Source: Selaginella moellendorffii (Eukaryota; Plantae; Lycopodiophyta). Taken from it: 64,000 bases of DNA. The stretch is from positions 1,655,443 through 1,719,442 of the forward strand of contig NW_003314280.1 of NCBI RefSeq assembly GCF_000143415.4. The letters are read 5' to 3'. The position numbers and the translations under genes were made by a program. Under the pieces are notes generated by a model. It was given only the letters and a program-made list of their open reading frames with translations. It was not told the origin of the DNA and did no database searches. Positions 1-12,646 of this stretch are shown here, piece after piece. Position 1 is the stretch's first letter. Each line of letters opens with the position of its first letter.

Positions 1-1360
1 TAGGAATTCCGTCCTTATGCTCGTCCAGTCTAAGTACACTCAAAATGCCCAGTTAACTCCACTAGCACAAGAGGGGCTACTAAAGGGATCCAACTGTATC
101 GACCTCCTGCCGTCATGGCCGTAAGGAAAGAGTGTCCGTAAGGACTGGTTGACAAGTATCTTTCGATACCCGAAGTCACATTTGTGACACTCTGCCCCCC
201 TTGGGGAAGATCAACGTCCTCGTCGATGTATACCTGAGTCTAGCAAACCGTCAAGGAAACAACCCCGAAAGTTAACGGAAAGCACACTATGTGGGAAACA
301 CACCGACTTAAATGAGTTATGGAACAACCTCTCCTCTACGTCCAAAGACATTAAAACTCAAACACCCTCCGACCGTCGCCGACAAGGAATCAACTAATAG
401 AGTTAGCCACCCTTGTTGCTCCAAGTACCACTCAGCTTACAAAGGAATGATACATCCCTGCCCGCAGAGACATAGGGAGAAGGCCAGAGGCCCAACTTCC
501 CCTAAGCAAGAAATCAACCCCGTTGGGAACATTTGGACAACTACTATAAACTGGCAGATTAAGTTGTTTACACAACCACGCCCCTTTGTCAAAAATGAGT
601 CATCGAGAGAGAGGCGAGGACTTGTGATCAGTCTATAATAGTTATCCCCATGGTTATGGATTGAACCCATGCACCGAAGTGCCGAAGTCAACCTGCCAAA
701 ACTGACCCAAGTACAAATGAACAAATGAAACGACACTTTGTTTGAAAGAAATATATTGCTTTATTGATTTGCAAGATTTATTACAAGGTTTTTTTACAAA
801 AACTAGTCTTTATTACTATTCTCATACTCCGTGACAAGTTTACGAGCATGTGTAAGATTCCTAAGAGGCTCCCAAGTTGATTCACAAGTTGGGTAACCTT
901 TCCACTTAACTAGATATTCCTTCACACGAGCTCGTCTCTGGAATCGGGAATCCAAGATAGCTTCCACTTCGTATTCTGGTTCACCGTCTACAACATCTGG
1001 TGGCGGACGAATCTCCCCTTGACGTGCAACATCAATGGTGTAAGGAGCCAATAGATTGGCATGAAATACATTATGAATATTGGACATCTCCGCAAGCAGA
1101 TCCAACCAATAGGATACATCCCCAATGCATTTGAGCACCCGATAAGGTTCAACATATCTCGGCAAGAGCTTCCGAGACAAAGAACCCTTAATGTTCAAGT
1201 TTCGGGAAGATAGCCACACCTGATCTCCCACTTGATAGGATACATCCCGACGATGCTGATCCTTATCACGTCGATACCTATCCTGAGCTTTGCCCATCGC
1301 CTTAGTAGCTCTAGACCAACCTTAGCATAGCTGCTCCATATAAGTTTCAACTGCTGGGAC
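1..1360 (-). mobile_element. 3' part of Ty3/gypsy chromovirus 'family A': 3' LTR (1-189, continues out of window), PPT (~190-205), 3' UTR, integrase C-terminus with chromodomain (803-1297)
   Basis: ORF 803-1297 has a GPY/F-like motif and a chromodomain (YEVEAILDSR...YLVKWKGYPTCESTWEP). A purine tract precedes TGTCACA on the minus strand. Homologous to 46790-47500 and 48009-48260. Confidence 0.9.
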
Positions 1361-1746
1361 TGTCAAGACCCCCAACAAGATCAAGACTGGAAAATGTAAA
1401 AGACAAGAGAAAAGCTAGTGAATAACAAAGAAGAGGCCTTAGACTGGTGTTGATTCAAATTGTGGAGAAATGGAACAAGGCTAACCTATATATATTATAA
1501 GTTGATGAAGCTCCACCACTCTTGGATCAAGGACGGCCCAAATATAGTTGAGGTTGAGGAGGCACCACATCATCATCAGGAATGTGGCTCGAGACTCAGG
1601 AATCGTATGGGAAGTTGAGAGTCAAGAATAGGGAAGTGTCTTGAGAGTCAGGAATAGGGAAGTGTCTCGAGAGTCAGGAATGTGGTCTGCAGGTCAGGAA
1701 TCCAGCGAGAGTCAGGAATGTGGCAAGAATTGGGGGATTCCTGACA
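1361..1746 (-). repeat. 3' LTR of element B
   Basis: TG...CA termini, internal GAGTCAGGAAT repeats, and an adjacent purine tract at 1747-1759 on the minus strand. Confidence 0.95.
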
Positions 1747-4700
1747 GCACCCGCTCCTCAAGAACGAGTGGAACAAGGACGTGAATGAGAACGAGGAGAA
1801 GGATGAGATGGGCGGCGAGGGACGGGAGATGGAGAAAAAGAATGAGGACTGGGATGAGAAGGATAGTGGCGGTGGAAGTCCTGAACAAGGTTAGAAGAAT
1901 GAATCAAGTTGTCCGTAAGTTCCCAAGTGCATTCTTCAGGTCCATAACCCTTCCAGTCGACCAGATAGTAGAGTTTAGACCGTGAGATCTTGGAATCAAG
2001 GATGTCCTGAACCTCGTACTCAGACCCATCCTCGAGCTTCACTGGTGGAGGCAGAGGAATGACCCAATTTGGAATAGGACTGGGAATATAAGGCTCAAGG
2101 AGGGAGGAGTGAAAAACGGGGTGAATTTGATATGAGGAGGGAAATGCAAGGCGATAAGTGACAGGATTAATGATGGCAGTGATAGGGAAAGGACCGAGGT
2201 GTTTGAAATCGAGTTTGGGACATGGCCTGGTGGTGGAGATATTTCGCCTGAGGAGCCAGACTTTATCCCCAATATTGTAAGGGGGACAATCCTGACGATG
2301 GACATTGGCAAATGTTTTGTGAGAGTCCTGAGCACGATGGAGGTGGAAGGAGATGGAGTTGTGGATTTCCTGGAGGTTGGAGATAAATGTCTCAGAGCAG
2401 GGATTAGAATGAGAGGATTCAGATGGAGAAGGAAGTGAGAGATTGAATCGGGGATTTCGGCCAGAGTTCGCAAAGAAGGGGGAAACACGAAGAGAGGAGT
2501 GAACAGAGTTGTAATAGGAGAATTCAGCAACGGGAAGGATATCGAACCACTCATTCTGATGATAGTTGATGAAGCACCTCAGGAATTTTTCCAACGTCTG
2601 AATCGTTTGCTCGGACTGTCCATCAGTTTGAGGATGATATGCCGAAGAGAGGTTGGCCTTCACTTCAAGCAGCTGCAGAAACCGTTGCCAGAAATGAGAG
2701 ATGAACTGAGGTCCCCGATCCGAAACCACATCTACAAGAATCCCATGAAGTCGGAAAATTTCCCCAAATACCAGTTTTGCCATGTCCTCGCCCGAAAACT
2801 CCTTGGTACACGGCAGGAAGTGCGCCATCTTTGTGAAGCGATCCACCACGACTAAAATGCTATTGAAGCCTCCAGAACTTGGGAGATCACTCAAGAAATC
2901 CATGGAGATGGATTCCCAAGGACTTGAAGGGACCGGGAGGGAACGAAGCAAACTTGAAGGAAGGTGGCGAGGTACCTTATTTCGGGCGCAAGTGTCACAA
3001 GAGGTAACAAAAGCTTTGATGTAGTCATCCATGTGAGGCCACCAAAAGTCTCGTGCAACCAGCTCATAGGTTTTTGCAATGCCGAAGTGACTAACAGTCG
3101 GGCTATCATGGCACGCCATCAGGACCAACCGTCTAGCATCACCTTTAGGAACATAAAGCTCCTCCCCACGGTACAACAAGCCATCTAAGAACTCGAACTC
3201 GTCAAATCTCCGGCAATCGGGAGTCACTGGGTGTCCAGCCTGAAGATGGGGGAAAATGTCGCTGGCGAGGTCATCCGATTGAAGATTGTTTCTGATCGCA
3301 TCCATCAAGGAGGAGTCCTGAGGGGCCAAAGAAATTGCCATAACTTGAAGCCGATCAGGACCGAGGATAACTTGATCCTGTTGATCGAAGGCAGGATTAC
3401 CAGGCTTGAGATTGAGATAGGAGTGCCTTGAAAGAGCATCAGGAAGGCCTTGAAGCTTTCCAGGTCTGTACTTGATAACAAAGTCAAACCGACTCAGGAA
3501 TTGTGCCCACCTTGCTTGACGACGGCTCAAAACTCGAGAAGTGGCAAAGTACTCGAGATTTTTGTGATCCGTCCAGACTGTTGTTTGATGGCCTGCCCCC
3601 TCCAAGAAACGGCGCCACTCTCCAAAAGAATCCACGATGGCAAGAAGCTCCTTGTCGTGGATTTCGTAATTGATCTCTACAGGCTGGAATTTCCGAGAAT
3701 GGAAAGCGACCGGATGAAGTTCTTGATCCGCTCCGAGTTGAGACAGCACAGCACCGATGGCAAAGTTGGAGGCGTCAACCTCGATCAAGAAAGGTTGTGA
3801 GGGATCAGTGTGGATCAAGATGGGAGCAGAACTGAAGGCCGCCTTGAGTGTGTCGAAGGCCTGCTAGGCAACAGCAGACCAAGAGAAGGGAATATCCTTG
3901 CAAGTGAGATGCGTGAGAGGAAGGACAATGTCAGAGTAGTGATCAATGAATTTGCGGTAGAAGTTGGCGAAGCCAAGGAAAACTTGAACGTTTGACATTG
4001 ATTGTGGAGGCTCCCATTCGAGAATAGCCTTGACTTTGGCAGGATCCATCGTGATACCCTCAAAAGTGACAATGTACCCAAGGAACTCCACAGACTGCTA
4101 ATTGAAGGAACATTTCTCAAGCTTCACGTATAGGCCGTGTTCTCGCAGCTTTGCCAGCACCTTGCGTACATGTTCATCGTACTCCTCCTGAGTTTTCGAG
4201 TAGATGAAGATGTCATCGAGGTAGACGATCACCATCTGATCAAGAAACTCCCAAAAGATGTCGTTTGCTATGTGTTGGAAAACTTCTAGAGCATTTGTCA
4301 AGCCAAACGGCATGACAGTATACTCGAAGTGGCCATAGCGGGTTCGGAACCCAGTCTTCCATTCATCACCAGGCCGGATGTGGATCAAGTTGTATGCTCC
4401 ACGGAGGTCGATCTTAGTGAAGAAGCGGGCACCGCCAAGGCGTTCCAACAGGTCCGAGATCAGGGGCAGCGGATAACGGTTCCGAACAATCACCTTGTTC
4501 AAACCTCGGTAGTCGATGACTAGCCACAAACTCCCATCCTTCTTCTTGACAAAGAAGACAGGCGCTCCAACCGGGGACTGCAAATGCTGAATATACCCCA
4601 AGGCAAGGTTCTCATCCACGTAATCTTTGAGGGCCTGAAGCTTGGACGGGGATAACCCGTAGATAGGCCCCCACGGAGGTGATGCTCCTTCCTGTAAATC

Positions 4701-5483
4701 AATGGGACAGTCATAAGGCCAATGAACAGGCAGTACACTAGCTTTTTTCTTGTCAAACACATCCCCAAAATCATGATACTTCTCAGGAAGACTGACAGGA
4801 GAAACATGCAAAGCAAAAAGGAAAATAGGGTCTTCATGAAGTTCTTTCATAGTGATTGTGGAGATAGGAAGAGGTGTACAACTAAATGGAATGATGAGAT
4901 GAGGATACTGTCCAGTGTAAGATGGAAGAGAGGAAAAAGAAGAGGGTGAAAAATTTGTAGAGTCAGGAATAGATCCCCGATTTGAGTTTAGGGAACTTTT
5001 CCTGATTCGGACTCAATGAACAGCAGGGGAAGCCATGGAAGATGGTGATGTGGGAGAGACGAGCTGTAATTCCTTCCAACAGATCTGAGGCTGATGTAAT
5101 TGGAACCAAGGGAGGCCAAGCACCACAGAGGAGGACTTGCTGTTGATGATGTTGAAGGCGATATCAGTGACGGTGGACCCGATCTGTACTCGAACGGGCA
5201 ACGTTTCCCTAAGTCTAGAAGAGGGAGACACAAAATGCCCGCCAATACCTTCAACCCGCAGATCCCGTATGGTAGGAGAAAGAGGAACGTGATGTCGGGC
5301 AACAAAGTCCGTATCCATGAAGCAAGAAGTTGCACCTGAGTCTAGTAGCGCCAGAGCCTTGAGTCCTGATTGTCCGGTGAAAGAAAGGAGACATGGGACG
5401 CGGAAGTTGCGGGAATTGGTGGTGGCTTTGATGAAAGGTGGTGAGGAGCTTGATAAAGAAGAGAAGTGATTTTTATTCGGGGA

Positions 5484-5528
5484 GTCCAAACAGACAACTC
5501 CTACTCTGTTTGGACAGGGTCGTTTCCC
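5484..5528 (-). promoter_or_regulatory. -1 ribosomal frameshift signal (gag to pol)
   Basis: G_GGA_AAC heptamer in the gag frame (5528-5522), 6-nt spacer, then a perfect 11-bp stem GTCCAAACAGA/TCTGTTTGGAC. pol lies in the -1 frame. Confidence 0.8.
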
Positions 5529-6571
5529 GACTGCAACAGAGGTGGACTTTGAGACAGAGTGAACTTGAGCAGTCGGGGAGGCTTCTTGGGACACACAGCT
5601 GCTTTGTGATTAGGATCAGCACAGTAGAGGCAAAGATTATGAGATATTCGACATTGCTTCTCAGTAGGACTCAACTTCCCTCTAATGAGTCGGGGAGTAC
5701 CAAAAATATCCATCGGGACCGGAGCAGTAGGTTTAGGAGTATGCCCTGAAGACTCAAGCTGGGATTCCTGAGTCTGGGACAGGAAAACGGCGGCACGACG
5801 ACTTTCCTGACGACGTTCAAAAAGACGATTGTCGCATCGAATAGTTTTGTTGATGGCATCCAACAAGTCCGTGGGATCCTCCATGGTGAGCAACAAATCC
5901 TTGACACTGTTGTTGAGGCCGAAACGAAATTGATCAATCAAGGCCCGCTCATCCCACTAAGTGTCCAAGGCAAGGAGTTGAAACTCTGCAGCATAGATCG
6001 AGGCAGGACGAGACCCTTGAGAGAGATGTCTCATCTTTGTGGTGGCAGCCCGAACCCGATCCGTCTCGCCAAAACATGCTTCGAGCTTCTCTTTGAACAA
6101 TTGAAGATCCATCAGCTCCGGAACCACGACCCCTTTCATGCTCTTCTCCAGGAGAGGAGAAAACCATGACAAAGCTACACCTTCGAGCAACGTCCCAATC
6201 GCACTGATTTGAGACTCGCGAGTGGGGTACTGCTGATGTTGAAGTGCGAAGATCAGCTCCATCTGGTTTAGGAATCCACGAAGCTCCGAACGCTTCCCTG
6301 AAAATTTCACCGGGAAACTCACCTTCGGTTTAGGAACTTTGCTAGATCCTTGAACCAAAAGTGAAGCAAGCTCCTGCTGCATGCGAAGAAGGGTCACCTT
6401 CAGCTCGGTATTCTCAGACTGGATTTTTGCAAGGACTTCAGCAAAGAAATCAGGATGGCTTGGAGAATCCATTGGAAAAGAAGAAAGAAAAAAGGGGGAA
6501 AAAATGCAAAGGCAATCAAACAATCAAAACGAGCTAAAGCAAAAAACGAAAAAGCACAATCTGAATCAAAT

Positions 6572-6947
6572 TGTCAAGACCCCCAACAAGATCAAGACTG
6601 GAAAATGCAAAAGACAAGAGAAAAGCTAGTGAAGAGGCCTTAGACTGGTGTTGATTCAGATTGTGGAGAAATGGAACAAGCCTAACCTATATATACTATA
6701 GGTTGATGAAGCTCCACCACTTTTGGATCGAGGACGGCCCAAATATAGTTGAGGTTGAGGAGGCGCCATATCATCATCAGGAATGTGGCTCGAGACTCAA
6801 GAATCGTATGGGAAGTCGAGAGTCAGGAATAGGGAAGTGTCTCGAGAGTCAAGAATAGGGAAGTATCTCGAGAGTTAGGAATGTGGTCTGCAGGTCAGGA
6901 ATCCGGTGAGAGTCAGGAATGTGGCAAGAATTGGGGGATTCCTGACA
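6572..6947 (-). repeat. 5' LTR of element B
   Basis: Direct repeat of 1361-1746. TATATATA at 6688-6695. Confidence 0.95.
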
Positions 6948-9900
6948 TTCGCCACCACATTTGATTTTCCTGGACGATGCTTAATAAGAAATTCCCCAAA
7001 CTCCATGAATTTGACCATCCAACGAGCTTGCCTAATGTTCAATGCCTTCTATGTGAAAAGATACACAAGTGGTTTGTGATCTGTCAACACCACAAACACT
7101 ACACCATAAAAATAGTGGTGCCATGTCTGCAAAGCATGAATAATAGAGAGTAATTCTTGCTCATATATGGAATAGCATTGCTTCGCGGGATTTAAAGTTT
7201 GACTCTCATATGTAATAGGTTGTCCGTCTTGTGTGAGAACTCCTCCCAATGCATAACCACTTGCATCACATATCACCTCATAAGGTTTTGATGGATTAAC
7301 AATGCGAAACATTAGAGCTTCGTTCAACAATTGTTTTAGTGCCACAAAACTCTCCTCTTGTGGCTTCTTCCACTCAAATGGCACGTTCTTGCACAACAAC
7401 TATGTCAAAGGAATAGCCACCTCTGCAAACTTATGCTAGAAACATCAATAGTAACTAGCCATTTCAAGGAAACTGCATAACTCGGCCACTGTACTTGGTG
7501 TAGGCCAGTTCTCCACCACAACCACTTTCCTTAGATCCATCTTGACACCCTTAGATGTCACAATATGGCCTAGATATTCCACCTCCAACTTTGCAAATTC
7601 ACATTTGCTCTTCTTCGCATAAAATTTGCTGTCAAGGAGTAACAAAAGAACTTTGCACAAATGCATCTTATGCTCCTCCATATTCTTGCTGAAAACAAGA
7701 ATATTGTCCAAGAAAATCTCCATAAACTTATGAAGATAATGCCTAAATACCTCCATCATCAACTGAGTAAATGTGCCTGGTGCATTCATCAAACCAAACA
7801 GCATAATTGTAAACTCAAAATGCCCAAAGTTTGTGTTGAATGCCGTCTTGGAGATAGATGCATAATCCATTACAATCTGATGATATCCACTCCTCAGATC
7901 AATCTTAGTAAACACTCATGCTTCACCAAGCTTGTCTAAGATATCATCCATATGTGGCATCGGTATCTTATCTTTCACTATCTTTTTGTTCAAGGCATGG
8001 TAGTCAATACACATCCGCATTGAACTGTCCTTCTTCTTCACAAGCAAGACTGGAGCACCAAATGAAGACTTACTTGGCTAAATAAATCCAAACTCCTTGA
8101 CTTGTCGTTGAAGTTCTTGCTCCTCCGCATAACTTAATCGAAATGGATGCCAGTAAATTGGCCACGTCCCCAGCTCCAACATAATCCCATGCTCTACACC
8201 TCGTAATGGAGGCAACCCATGAGAAAGTTTAAATGGAAAAACATTGGAAAACTCGTCGAGTACATCCCATATTGTTGCTTCTCCCCCACACGTGCCTTGG
8301 TCCCCCAAGTCACAAATAAATAGCAAGTAACACAAAAATGCTTTTTCATTACGACAAGCCCGCTTCAAAGATGTAGCGGAGAGCATAACAACTGGAGGTT
8401 GAACTCCCTCTCCAAAGCACACATCTTTAATGCCATTGTACTCCAATGAGACATGCTTAATATTCCACTTGATCTCCGGATCCACCTTTACTAACCATGG
8501 CATCCCAAGAATGAAATCCATGTGATAGATATCCGTGAGATAAAAAGTCTCCACAAGTGTGGTTTTACCAACCAACACTTCCAACCCCTTTACACAAGCA
8601 TCGAAATGCTAAGCAGAGGTAACTGCACCTTCCACTGTATATGGAGGAACTCTGCATATGACTAGGCCATGCTCCGCAACAAACTTTGCTGAAACGAAGT
8701 TGTCATCACTCCCACTATCCAATAAAATCCGCACTAGATCGCCACGAAATACACTCTCCATCATTAAAGCTGATTCACGAGTATCCTCGAGCTCCATCTT
8801 GTTCCACACACAGTTGAGCTAACAAGCAACGATCAAAAGCCTCTTCCTCCGACCGGAATAGTTGTCCCCATCATCTTCACGTTGCAAAGTTTACAACTTT
8901 TTAGTATCTGATTTACCATCAATAGAAGATTGGCTATTCTTTTTGCTCTGTTGCTTGTTCTTCAACTGTGGACAATCAGCCTTATAGTGTCTAAGCTCGC
9001 CGCAATGATAACAACCCTATCTATAATTCTTCACAAAGAACTTCTACTTGTTTGACCCCTTTACATCTGAAGTAGTCACTACAGACTTCAACTTATGGTG
9101 CTTATTCCCATCTTTGTGTCCATGGCAATCATCACAATGATTCTTAACAGAAGGACTCCGTGAATGCTTGCAAGACTTGTGCTTGTCCTTGTTAAGTCGA
9201 CGAGCTACATCAAAGAGCTCCTTCAAACTCTTTATAGGCTGAGAATGATGCAAATGTTGCCGCATGCTCTCACTATGAAGGCCATCAATGAAGTAGGACT
9301 TGTTTTGATCTGGATCCTTTGTTGGAACATGGCTAACCAAGCGAGTAAACTTCTTAATATAGTCTCTGAGCGTTATTTTCCCTTGCTAGAAATGCCAAAG
9401 TTCTATATGAGCATTTTCCATGTCGTAGTGAGGGGCAAAACATAAATGGAAAGCAATCTCAAACTCATCCATGGTAGACACTAGTGGTTTCTTATCTGCA
9501 ATACAAAACTCTTCAAGTCAATTCCACCACTGCAAACCTGCATCACGCAAAACCATTGAAATAGCCACTAAAGCCTTTGCATTTAGAGTTCAGCCAAGAA
9601 CTTCTTCACATTGGCTAGCCAAGCGAGACACTTGGCCACACCACCATCACTAGAAAAGGTTAGAATCTTGAGTTGATTTATCAAGGAAGGTTTACTTAGA
9701 GCGCTACCACGTCCAACCTCGAGTGCCTCAACACGTTCATGCATGGTATCCACCATGCCATGCATCTTGTTTTGCATCTCTTGCTGATTTTGATTAAGGG
9801 CTTGCAGCTCATGAACAACATCTTGAATGGTCCAAATTTCTACAACTTTGTCGGCACCATCTTCAGCACCACCATCAACAATAGGGTTCCAGCATTCAGC

Positions 9901-9960
9901 TTGGTCAGCCATCGCAACCAACATATCTCTGCCGGTGTAAAAAGACAGAAATTTAATTCC
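6948..9960 (-). mobile_element. Degraded Ty3/gypsy element 'C': gag (CCHC knuckle), PR, RT, RNase H
   Basis: CYHCGELRHYKADC at ~8970-9015, LLDSGSDDNF, FTKIDLRSGYHQI...FLDN, CDASGYALGGVL. Many stops. Confidence 0.9.
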
Positions 9961-11672
9961 CCTAGACTATGTTATGCCACCTCTTAAGGTTCTTCACCAC
10001 CCAACCACCCCCAAACTACCTCAAAAGCTTCATTGTGCCCATTATGAGCCCTAGGGTAGGTTAAGTCAATTAGCCTAAAAACCTTAGTTTATATATAAAA
10101 GTGAATGGTCCACATTGAAATCAATCCAATGGTTACTAAAATCCCACTATGTTAATATTAGTATACAATATTGTAGCCATATACTTGCACCTCAGATCAT
10201 CAAATTTTATCTTTCTTAATAATAATATTTTATAAAAAAATTTAATTGATGTAATGTATTCTTGAACCTTCAATAATTATTAATTGGCTGGAGATAGTAA
10301 AAAAAAACTATTTTTTTTAGAAAACTTTATAATTTTGTATAGTAATAAAGAAATATTGTTACTAAAATAACAAAACATTAAAAATTCTAATTAAAAGCAT
10401 TTGTAAAGTTTCAAATTCAACTTTAACATAAAAGGAAATTAATTAGCTTCAAGTAGTTTGGATTTCCTTGTGCTCGCTTGCCAAGAATCACATGATGCTG
10501 CTCCTACCCATAGAGGCAAATCGTGACTGGTTTTGACCCTTAAAAAAGAAATTTTTCTTTCTTACTAATTTGGGTAGCAATTTCTATCCAAAGGCCTAAG
10601 GTCATCTGAATCTGCTTTGAGTTTTCATTGAGTCCTTCCACTCAAAGCAGTGAGGCCTTTAGTTGCCCAGAAACTGATACACTGCTGTGATTGAAATTGG
10701 TGTCAGTGTAGCTGGAAAGAACAACAGGATCAAGGAGGTACTGCAAAACGAAAGAAGAGGCTATACTGTTGATATCCACATAAAGCTCCCAAGCTGGTAT
10801 AATATTTCTGGTAGCATGGTTTTTCTCTGGTCTTTGGAGGTGGTACGTGTTCTCCTGGACCTTCAAGAAATATTTGTGCGCGTGACTTTGAATCTAGCAA
10901 CAAAAGAACAAGGACAAACAACGAGAACTTACAGTTTGGAGCCAACAAAGAGCTCAATCTCTAACATGGACATAGTACTTTTATTTTACATTCTTTATAA
11001 TCTCCAACAAATCCTCCAGGAGACCTGCCAATAGATGAACTATGCCAGCTTCACAAACTCCACGAAGAGCTCCAGTAGCGTCAGAAAGCATGTCAATCCT
11101 TGGTGACAATTGCCTGCTAGGAGCAATCCACAAGGACCAGGTTGCGAGTTTAGCAAAATTATGATTTTGGTGTGTTGGTATCCAACTTACAGCTATTCCT
11201 TAATTGAGTAAACGTGAAAGGTTTTTGTTTGCTCTGGTGGTAGAGGGTTAATAATAAGTTGTGACTTCACAGAAAATATTCTGTTTTGGCAGTTTCAACA
11301 AGAAGCATGAGACTGTGCAAACAAGTTTGCAAGTTTGTAATGGGGTTTTCTCACTCCCTCCACTCCCACCCTCACGTTCTTCCATCTCCCCACCCAGGCC
11401 ACTCTGAGGTCCTAAGATGCTAAAGGTAAATCCTCCAGCCCTTGGACTTTGAACATTAAAGCTGGACTGGAAGATGTATAACTTGAATTTCTAACATGCC
11501 ATAGATGTGAAGTCTCCAGCGACTGTTACGTGTTAAACTGGATAGGTTTTTATTTTGCTTTGCATACACGGCCACGATTGTCATCACATTGCAATGCAAC
11601 AACTAATTCCACACATAAAAGTCCAAGCTAGAAGATACATCTACGTCTCCGGCACGTGCCTCAACGAAATCA

Positions 11673-12646
11673 ATGGAGTTCCTCTGGATTGGTTTTGCGT
11701 CTTTCATTGCTCTCGTATTCCTTAAGCTTGTCAGTGGCAACCGAGGCAGCGGTAGCAAATCGCCACCATCTCCTCCGGGACTTCCAATCCTCGGCCATCT
11801 CCATCTCCTCGGTAAGCTCCCCCACCAGTCCTTGCAGAAGCTCTCCCAGAGGCATGGCGGCCTCATGCTTCTCAAGCTTGGCGTCCACAACACGCTCGTT
11901 GCTTCCACCGCCGAGGCCGCCAGGGAGCTCCTCAAGACGCAAAATCATGTCTTTTCTTCCAGGCCCAGGACGATTGCCGGCGAGAACTTCGGGTATGGAG
12001 GAGCTGGGATGGTCTGGGCCGCCTATGGCGATCACTGGAGGAGCGTCCGTAAGCTATGCACTCTGGAGCTCCTCACTGCCAAGCGAGTCGAGATGTTCCA
12101 GCAAGTCCGGAAAGCCGAGATGTCGATGCTCTTGAAGGAGATCCAAAGTTCCCAGACGAGTTCCGTGGAGCTCACGTCCAAGCTCCTGGATCTCACTTTC
12201 AACTTCATGACGAGGATGGTGATGAACCGGAGCTACTCCTCTGGGAGCTCCGCTGAGAGGGAACTCGCAGTAAGGTTCAAAGACTTGATTACGGAGGCGT
12301 TCACGGTGGCTGGAAGTAACACCTGGCCGACTTCTTCCCATATCTGGGATGGATGGACGGCCAAGCCAGGAAGATCTGCGCGATCCACAAGCAGCTCGAC
12401 GAGTATCTGGCCAAGCAGATCGTCGAGCACCGCCAGCAGCCAGGAACCAACAGAGATTTCCTGGACATGATGTTGGCCACAAAAGATCTCAGCGATACTT
12501 CCATCAAATCTCTCTGCCTGGTATGGAAACTGTTCCGTGTTCTTCTCGTCATTGACATGGCGGAGAAGTTTGGTCTTACTGTTCCCAGAGCTTCTCCACT
12601 CAGGCTGGTACCGTCCACACGCTTGAACCCACAGGCATACATTTGA
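11673..12646 (+). pseudogene. Cytochrome P450 (CYP71 clan) pseudogene
   Basis: Paralog of 19991-21508. It has a 1-nt deletion at ~12322 and a ~543-bp deletion (junction 12554-12556) that removes the I-helix, ExxR, PERF and heme Cys. Confidence 0.92.

Larger units (their letters stand above)
1361..6947 (-). mobile_element. Near-complete Ty3/gypsy chromovirus 'B' (Tcn1-like): LTR-gag-PR-RT-RH-IN-chromodomain-LTR, with a few in-frame stops
   Basis: Direct repeats 1361-1746 and 6572-6947 (TGTCA...TGACA). gag 6523-5501 has one TAG at 5957. Pol pieces 5594-1758 share one frame: LLDSGAT, YLDD, RH DAS/TDH, HHCC + DDE integrase, chromodomain. Confidence 0.95.

Noticed and set aside
5957-5959. Programmed stop read-through in gag
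   Set aside because: pol has several similar in-frame stops, so mutational decay is the simpler explanation.
10640-11400. Possible gene remnant
   Set aside because: Short ORFs with no recognisable motif.
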